Source: Octopus sinensis (taxonomy: Eukaryota). From it: DNA of 63,086 nt. Made by a program: the position numbers and the translations under genes. Below the pieces are notes generated by a model. That model worked only from the letters and a program-made list of their open reading frames with translations, did no database searches and had not been told where the DNA came from. Within the stretch, counting starts at the first letter, position 1; each line of letters opens with the position of its first letter. The DNA lies in assembly GCF_006345805.1 (NCBI RefSeq), contig NW_021833821.1, positions 1 to 63,086 of the forward strand, written 5' to 3'. This document shows positions 53,326-63,086 of the stretch, one piece after another.

Positions 53326-53919
53326 ATTTGGTTTAATTCAGTTATTTGCAGAACTCCTGATATTTAATATCGATATGCGGTTGCTTTCCAGTCTGATATA
53401 TGAACAAAGGAACTCGTAGCGGTGGTGGTTGTGGTGGTGGCAGATGATATTCTCCATTCCGTCAGAAATTCATATGGGCCCTTCTTGCCGCTCTACGCTA
53501 CTCCGTCGATTTTCTGGTTCCTCCTTCGAATTCCTAGATCCTGAACGATAACACAGCAGAAAATCCTCTATCTAATTATTTCTGATCTCATGCTAATGCT
53601 AATCATTGCTAGATGTATTACTAAGAGGTAGATATCCCGTCGCAATAGTCGACTACAAATTTTCACCTCCGAGCGCTCATCTTTACGTATTTCAACGCAA
53701 CCCGTTGTGTTCTTTTAACCACATACGTAAGATGAATGGCTCTTGCTTTTGAGCATATCACTGTAGCTAATGTGTTATTTGGTGACGTAGATTAATCATA
53801 ATCTTGCCAAATGTTATGTAAACAGACATTTGAGAATCGAAAAAAATCAATAATTATATTAAATAATTTTTTTTAGAAAATATATATTAATTTAAGCTCA
53901 CAGTATGTATGTATGTATG

Positions 53920-53950
<31 letters not shown>

Positions 53951-54010
53951 TGTATGTATGTATGTATGTATGTAATGTATGTGTGTATGTATGTATGTAT
54001 ATATATTATC

Positions 54011-54043
<33 letters not shown>

Positions 54044-54068
54044 GTATATATATATGTATATATATATA

Positions 54069-54107
<39 letters not shown>

Positions 54108-54653
54108 TGTATGTATGTATATATATATAGTATTTATATATACATGCATACTACGTACATACATACATATATATATGTATATATCTGTGTGTGTGTGTGA
54201 GTATGTGTGTATGTGTGTAAGGCATCTCTAACCGCACAATATGAGTGGCGCAATAAATTGTGCCTCGTGTTACATGTAAGAGGGTGGCGGATTACACACA
54301 GAATGCTGCATGTTTGGCACGTTTGATTTATTCCAGAATCATAGCAAGATATTAATATGGTAAATATTTGTTTCATCGGGATGCGAATTAAATCCGCATC
54401 ACTCACGCATCTCTTAGACTTGTATTACATAACATTTTTTTAGACATTGAGAAATGGAGATGGAGGTCGTTTACAGCAAAAACTAAAAATAACCCACCAA
54501 GTTAAAAGGCAACCGGCTTGATATTGTTATGTGGGCTCAAGTGAATAAAAATCTCATTCTCTGATCGTCTTATTAATATTCTGCATGTATCACGTCCTGG
54601 CGTCGCCGTTTTTTCTTGTATTTTTCTCCGTTGTTTTAAATATCTATCCATCC

Positions 54654-54791
<138 letters not shown>

Positions 54792-54812
54792 CTATCTATC
54801 TATCTATCTATC

Positions 54813-54844
<32 letters not shown>

Positions 54845-55320
54845 CTATCTATCTATCTATCTATCTACACAAGAGTATTATTATAGTAGATTACCTCGGT
54901 AATCTTTGGAGCTATGAAAAAGTACAAATCCCAGCAACACCACCGGATTATTCTATACATCTGTGTAATATTTCGTGCAATTCCACCCAACAGTTTGACC
55001 GTGAATCACAAGACAAGAAAGAATCGTCTATGTCAAATTTATATGTATAGATATGTGTATTCTAGTTCCCTAGGTTTGTATTGTAGATACACTAAACATA
55101 CAGCGAACAGTGAATGCAAACGCTGTTCGTAGAAGCGAAATAAATTATAATAACAACAATGAACATTTAATACCAAGTTTCTATGTTAATGCTGACATCT
55201 TAGCTATAACGCCAGAAACTTCGGAGGAGCCACCATTGATGTAAACTATTATCTATGCATATAGATACATAGATAGATATACGTTAATATATATATATAT
55301 ATAGATAAAAAGTTTGTATA

Positions 55321-55398
<78 letters not shown>

Positions 55399-55417
55399 GA
55401 ATATATATATATATGTA

Positions 55418-55465
<48 letters not shown>

Positions 55466-55819
55466 ATATATATATAATTACAACACGAACACACATAGAC
55501 ACATATACATACACACATATGTAATATATATATTTACACGTATGTCATGTGGAGGTGTAGGATATATAATTGTTTTTCTTCCCCTGTTTTCCGAACACGC
55601 TCGTCCTGTATCTAAATTATATATCAAATTAATGTTACATTGAAGAATTGATGTCATATGATAGATAACATCCATTAGTCATATCCAAATTCCTACGTCA
55701 GTTATAAATATCTTTGCGGAACCCAACATATGTCATATGCAGAGAAAATTAATACTCATTACTAAATTTCTATTATCCGTTTTAATAATAATGGGATCAT
55801 CCATCATTCGTGTTTCTAT

Positions 55820-55853
<34 letters not shown>

Positions 55854-56272
55854 TATAAGGATGTATGTATGTATGTATATGGTAGAGGTTATGTTACTTC
55901 CCGTGGGAATATCGTATCGAGATTATCCAATAAATTATTTTGTATTTATATAGAGAGGAGACAAAAAATGGAGACAACTAAGATAACTTGTCATGTTATA
56001 ACGGGCTTTACAGTCATTAATACGTTTTGATATCATATACATTCTTTATATATATATATATACACATATATATGCATATATATATATATATGCATATATA
56101 TATACATATATATATATATACATATATATGTATATATACATACAGATATATTTGTATGCATACGTGTGTCCGTGTATTTATGATATCTCTCTCTCTATCT
56201 GTCTGACCGTCTATCTATCTACCTATCTATCTAGCAATCTTTCTCTTCCTCTTTCTCTCTCTCTCCTTCTTT

Positions 56273-56319
<47 letters not shown>

Positions 56320-56739
56320 ATACATACATGCATATATATATATATATGTTTGTCTGTGCATATATGGGTGTGCGTTTGTGTGTGCGTGCGTGCGTGCGTA
56401 TGTATCGGCATGTATGTGTGATACGAAGAGTACAATCAAACCCCGCACAAGATTTTCTCTCTGTTCTTAGAGGTCTTTAATTACAGCAGCAGGACCTAAT
56501 GGCAGACATCGAGCGAATACAAGAATCTGTATTTGGTTACACGGAATTACTCGAAATTTCGGTGAAATCTAATTTATATCACAAACTAATGTCTTAAACA
56601 GCATTTTGTAGACTCCTGTCTTAGACTATACGGCTAAGAAGAATACAAGATGGTCACGGTTGAGAGGCGTTTAATTGTAGGGTTATGCAATGAAGTCTGA
56701 CCTGAAGCTAATTAATGGCCATACCAACAACTATTCTTC

Positions 56740-56950
56740 TATTTGTTTCTGTCATTAAACTGTGACCATGCCGGGGCACCGCCTTGAAGAGTTTTATCTT
56801 ACGGACCGAACCTACAAATTGGTTTTGTTTTTTTTTTAGAGCCAGGTACTTATTTTATCCACTCCTTGGCCGAACTGCAAATTTACAGGGACGCAATGAA
56901 ATCAGCACACGTTGTCAAGCGGGGGTGGAGCACTAACCAAATAAAACACA
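56740..56950 (-). mobile_element. Degenerate family A SINE body
   Basis: GACCATGCCGGGGCACCGCCTTGAAG..GGTACTTATTTTATC..TTGGCCGAACTGC..GTTGTCAAGCG. Confidence 0.6.
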
Positions 56951-57289
56951 CACTAATATGCCTATATATATATATATATAAATAAGCGAGAAAGAAGCAA
57001 CAAGAATGGATAGGTTTTTAGTACAATCGTTTCATACAAGGACAGGCTTTATTAAAAGTTGCAAAAATTACAGCATATAAACGTGTCCCGTACTCATCAG
57101 CTAAAATACATGTGAGTTCTCTAGACATCCTAGTGGTTGAGGCTATACTCATGAAGTAATGTAGATAATAAGTAAGTAACATAAACAGATTTCCAAAGTT
57201 CATTAAAGTTCTTTAAAGATGATGTACAGTCTTATCACAGAATTTTAAAAAAGTTTTAATAGCATCACAGAGAAGGTGACCTAATCCAT

Positions 57290-57552
57290 AGTGCACATAT
57301 GAATTTCCAGAGATATGAGGAGGGATTACATACTCACAGACGACAAATTTATCCATTGTTAATCACAACGAGGTGGGTCTCAATTCCTGCTTATTAGCAT
57401 TACAGAGAGGGTGAATTAATCCTTTGTATAGATGCACAATTTCCAATGGTGTAGATGTAAATTTCCAGAGAAATGAAGAGGAATTTCATATTCACAGGCG
57501 ATAAATTTATCGATGGTTGAACACAATGAGGTAGGTATCAATTCTTGTTATA
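57290..57552 (+). repeat. Degenerate ~100-bp direct repeat pair (57290-57392, 57455-57552)
   Basis: AATTTCCAGAGA.ATGA.GAGG.ATT.CATA.TCACAG.CGA.AAATTTATC.AT.GTT.A.CACAA.GAGGT.GGT.TCAATTC in both copies. Confidence 0.75.
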
Positions 57553-58305
57553 TGATTAGGTATTTGCCACATTAATCACATTACTGCTATTTACAAGAGG
57601 CTGTAGCTATTTTACTTTTAAAGGCTGAAGGGCTTTCTAGAGAGGCAAAGAACAGAAAAGGGAAGGGAAGAGAGAAAAGAGAGAAAATAAAGGAGGAGGG
57701 AGCAAAAGGGGGGGGACTAAAAGAGAAGAGAAAAGGAAAAAGAGAATAAGAAGAAGAAAAAGAAAAAAGAGAAAAAGAAAGAAATAGGGAAAGAAGGGAA
57801 AAAAGAAAAAGAAAAAAGAGGTTCTAGTTATACAGAAGAATTAGTAGACGGCAAGTCTGGTTTTAATTTACAGGCATCTAGGAACTAGAGGAGAATATTA
57901 TTCTTTGACCAGTAAAACAGCTAATTTATTGCTGTTGAAATCAGCTATGAATTTAAAGAGAATCTAAAGAGATAACACGGTCAGGGGTTTAGGGGTCAGA
58001 GGCTTCTTTCTCGCTTATAATCACCCCACATTACTGTATTGTTAAAACAGTATAGTTTTTTTTTGGTGCATCTAAGTTAGGTACCATATTCAAGTAAATT
58101 CATTTAAATTAACTTGAATCTTTATTGCTTTTTGTATATATATAAATATATATAGTTCTAAGCGAGACTTTTTTTGATCTTATCATAAGCTGGTTTCGGT
58201 TATGTTTAGAAAATCAATCACCTAATCGAATTTAAACGCTTGTTCGTCTATTTGAATTACATCACACTATATTATATATCCCCCCACCCCCCCAAAAAAA
58301 TTCAG

Positions 58306-58401
58306 TCAGTTTTCATGACAACTTTCCGACGGACGAGAACCTGAAACTCTGGGAAACAAATTTCGTACACATTTTGCAGCTTTAATATATATATATACGT
58401 C

Positions 58402-58459
<58 letters not shown>

Positions 58460-58796
58460 AGTTAGCACAAGAGTTAGCACGCCGGTGGAAATGTTTTGCG
58501 GAATTTCGCCTGTTCTTTACGTTCTCAATTCAAATCCCGCCGAGTTCCACTTTGCCTTTCATCCTTTCGGGAAGAATAAATTAAGTACCAGTTGCATTGG
58601 GGGGCGGTGCAATCGACTGGTCCCCTCCCAAAGCATTTTCAGGTCTTGTGCTGAAATTAGAAAAGAATCATATAGCATGAACAGGATACTCTACCCATAT
58701 TTTTTCAGAAAAATGTGTTAATATATATTGAAGCAACAAAATTGTCAGAAAAAGAATTTCCTGTTCCCGTTCATCGGAGAGTTGTCATGAAACTGA
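58306..58796. mobile_element. MITE-like element with ~45-bp imperfect TIRs, containing (GT)n and a family B2 SINE (~58471-58668, +)
   Basis: TCAGTTTTCATGACAACTTTCCGACGGACGAGAAC vs reverse complement of GTTCCCGTTCATCGGAGAGTTGTCATGAAACTGA. Confidence 0.7.
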
Positions 58797-59205
58797 TAAA
58801 AATATAATTTTGCATATATATATTATATATATATATATATATATAATATATATAATATATTCAACCACGAGCTTTCACACACACCAACTTTCCTCACCTA
58901 TATATATATATATTATATATATATATTATAATATAATATATATATATATATGTGATGTGTGTATGTATGTATGTACGTATGTATGTATGTATGAATGTAT
59001 GAATGTATGTATGTAAGTATATGTATGTGTGTGTGTATATGTCTGGACGTATATGTGTAAATTTAGGCGTATATATGTATTCAGAGGTATATGTCAGGTA
59101 TATATGGGTATTATTATGCATATGCGTATTTATGCACGCATTCGATCACTTAAAAAAGGTATGTATGCATGTATGCCTGGATTCAAGTACATATATATGT
59201 GTATT

Positions 59206-59248
<43 letters not shown>

Positions 59249-59433
59249 ATGTATATATTATATACATACATATATATATATATATATATTATATGTGTGT
59301 GGTGTGTGTGTATATGCATATGTATATGTATATACGTATATCCATATATATATATATATAATATATATTATATATATATATATATATTATATCTATATAT
59401 ATATCTATATATATATATATATATATTATTACG

Positions 59434-59484
<51 letters not shown>

Positions 59485-59974
59485 ATATATATATCTATAT
59501 ATATATATATATATGTATACATGTATATATAGCACATGTAATGAGGCATGCGCGTATGAGTGTATATTTTCTTGTTTTTTGTTTAGAGTTTTTCAGAAAA
59601 AGAAGAAAAAAATCTGATTTGTAATCTAAGAATTAAAAAACATTCTTTCATTGGAATTTTGAGAGATGTAGCATAATAGGTATGTATGCACGCACGCAAG
59701 CATGCACATATATATTTGCATGCATTTATTTATCTATGAATGTGTGCGTGCATTTGCATGCATGTACTTGTATATGAATGCGATGCATGTAACTATAAAT
59801 GAATTTATATATGCATATGTATATACACACATATATATGCATATATATATATATATAATATATATATATATATATTATATATATATATGTACACTAAGCA
59901 CACATGCGTTTATGAAAAAATGCATGCAAATGCACATGTATGCATATATGTGCATATATATATATATATGATTG

Positions 59975-60011
<37 letters not shown>

Positions 60012-60152
60012 ATATATGGCGTTTTTAAGCATGCATGCATGGATAAATTGGGTTATGTATGTACATATGGATGTATACAGGTCCGTATGCATGCCTGTAT
60101 ATATATGTATGTATGTATATATATATATATATATATATACGTATACACACAC

Positions 60153-60230
<78 letters not shown>

Positions 60231-61279
60231 ATGTGTGTTTTTCTGTAACCTCTTTGAAATACTTGAAACATTGATACGAATATGTTAAAAAAAACTACCT
60301 TATTAGTGTGAATGTTTCTATATACTTTCTTTGATTATCACTAATGAATAATGAATAATGAATAACGAAAGGTGTTTAACATTTTGAAGGTTTGATATGT
60401 GTCAAATCGAAAAAAAACGGTCTAAAAAATGTATGCAATTTAACATAATTTGGAACGTGAATACAAAAATACCGCTCTCAATGCTGAAATGTTGACTTGT
60501 ATATGAAAGGAGTATGCTATTCATTTGCAATGTTATAAATTGAAATTCTCTCATCATTTCCCATTAATGTTTGCCAAGGTGTATCATGCCTATGCGATAA
60601 ATTCATAAAAATAAGTTAAAGAAGAGAAAAAAATTATCGTGTGAATCGCTTGAGAGATAAATCTATAATTAAATAAATATACACAGAATAAAACTGGAAA
60701 TTATTACAACGAAGTTTGTAGCTTGCTACGGATGACCAGGGAATGTCTGCCACTGAAATGTCGCAATTACTCCGAAATACCGGTGAAGGATAACTTGTAT
60801 TCCGTCGGTCACAACATCGAGACTTCCAGTTGATCCGATCAACGGAACAACCTGCTCAGGATTAGGGAGTCCTCGGAGATTCAGCATTTTACAGATTATC
60901 ATGAGACTGGCCTTTTGAATCATAGGTACAACTCATTTTTGTTACTTGAATGGATTGCTACCAAGTGAAATAAATTGTCATGCTCAAGGACACAACTTGC
61001 CGCCAGAAATCGATGGTGAGCCGAATACTCCTAACTAATAAACCGCATCCCTTCACCACCGGTGCTTGAAACATTCTTGATGCCGTTTTGAACATTTTTG
61101 CCTGTTCAACTCACACAGTTTTTAAGAAGTAATTCTGCAACCCCAAATCTCACAGCTAGTCTCGATTCACATTTCTCTATGAATCAAATATGTTATAAAT
61201 CATGTAGACATCTTTAGGAAAGGAAAGTATTCCAGCGTTGCTTTGTAATATTCACAATAGCACAATACTTGTCATTACA

Positions 61280-61769
61280 TTTTTAATCAACCAAATATGA
61301 ACCATTTTGTTGTACAATGCATCTCCATCTTTCCTTTAACTTCAAAATACCCTCTTCCCAGAACTATTTGCCATTTCATGGCAAATAATTCATCAAGGTA
61401 TCTTTTTACGTCATCCAAAGAATTGAAATTTTTAACATTAAGGCAATTCTGCAGAGATCCGAATAAGTGGAAATCCAAAGGAGCAATATCTGGTGAATAT
61501 GGATCGTGGGGTAACACATCCCAGCCGAGCAGCAGCAATTTTTTTCTGGTTCCCAAAGCATCAAGTGCCGAAAACGGACTTTCTTATCTTCCATTTTAAA
61601 GGGTTACAGAGGTTATTGGAACATAAACCTTCTTCCCAGAACAGATAGCTTAAACTGTTCTGTAAATGGAGGTGTAGTCAAATCCTATTTTATGGACTGA
61701 ACCATGTTCTAAAATAAGTCGAAATGTAAGCCACTATAAATCGGCACGAACTTTCCGGACAAACCAATA
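61280..61769 (-). mobile_element. Internally deleted mariner transposon
   Basis: 5' TIR TATTGGTTTGTCCGGAAAGTTCGTGCCGATTTA (61737-61769); N-terminal MEDKKVRFRHLML fused out of frame to C-terminal LGWDVLPHDPYSPDIAPLDFHLFGSLQN (YSPDLAP motif); second TIR absent. Confidence 0.85.
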
Positions 61770-62750
61770 CATATTTATATATATATATAAATTTTCTTCA
61801 TTTCAAGACATTTCCAAAGACTTTCTCGTAAGCTTTAACTATAAATATATATATATCAAAATGTAAAGTCGGCGCTTTAGTTTTTTGCAAGATGACAAGT
61901 TACACGGAATTTAAATTCTATAATAAATTATATTTCAAGATTGTCGAGCACCAAAAGTAAAGACGTCAATATACAAAGATATAATGTTAGCGAAGCTCTT
62001 CAAGATTTTGTTGTGGAATTAAACCAGGCGGAAGAAATACTTTAAAACGATAACATGCAACGCTAGAATGAAGTGAAGAATATTTCGTTGGGATCAGATT
62101 AAGAAAGGAAGAAAGAAAAAACACAAGAAACTGTAAGAATTACTGTTGAAGCGAAAGAAATATTGACAAAAAAAAAAACAAAACAATTTTCTGCATCTTA
62201 TGAACAAGAAACAGTATTTTTATCTGGAAAGTTTTGAAACTGTCCCTGTTGATCATTCACAATTTCTGGTGAAGAAAAATTTAATATGCTCCAAAATTAC
62301 AGTGTTTTAACGTCAAGTCATTGTACACGCCGTTGAGGTGTCATTTGCAATATATATCATGTCTGAATCTAAGATCGACAACGATGATTTAATAAGCGAT
62401 TTTAAGCCCATTTCTCTATTTGGGACTGTGAGATATTTTTTTCAGTTGTATTAATAGAAGAGATAGATCGAAATAAAATGAATTCAGCTGAGATTTTGAA
62501 AAAGGTCTTTTTTTCTTCTTCTACAGAGTGACGTGGCGGTCAAATTTAATTAGGTACGAACTTCGTTACTTTGTAAAACATTCACATATCAGCTGTGATA
62601 TGTATGTACGTGTATATACAAACAGTCGTGCATACCTACCTACACAAAATATACATACAGATATATATATATATATATATCCATCTATTTTAGTCATCCA
62701 TTTCTCTCTCTATTCATCAAACTATCGTTCTAGCCATATACATACACAGA

Positions 62751-62820
<70 letters not shown>

Positions 62821-62851
62821 CATACATATATATATATAACATATATATATA

Positions 62852-62894
<43 letters not shown>

Positions 62895-63086
62895 TCGTGA
62901 TCAGAGATGCACATATCAGCCACCAAGGGATATGGTCAACTGGTTAAGGTCAAACAACTGACAAGCAAATCTGTAGTATTTAGCAGGATATTTGCTGTAG
63001 CCCATATTTTATACCTAGATAAAGGAAGTACATGATAACACTTCCAGTCAGTTAAGATCGGAAGCCATGAGAGCCACTGACTGATT

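Overview
A very AT-rich, microsatellite-saturated eukaryotic window with no confidently recognisable host gene. The repeat repertoire suggests an Octopus genome; that assignment is my inference. It is a mosaic of: several tRNA-derived SINE families, often nested in each other; a near full-length but frameshifted RTE-clade LINE (41.8-45.5 kb, minus strand); fragments of Tx1/L1, R4/Dong and a second RTE LINE; Helitron- and Helentron-type non-autonomous elements; Tc1, mariner, Tigger and hAT remnants and MITEs; a 5S rRNA pseudogene; and a 1.3-kb tandem duplication. Nearly all long ORFs in the track are microsatellite artefacts. Two signals stand out. (1) Several Penelope-type minimal hammerhead-ribozyme motifs, one forming the tail of a tRNA-headed SINE, and a fold-back of the same family centred on ribozyme stem II. 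(2) A 40-nt 3' tail shared (35/40 identical) between one SINE subfamily and a Tx1/L1-clade LINE, pointing to a SINE/LINE partnership.
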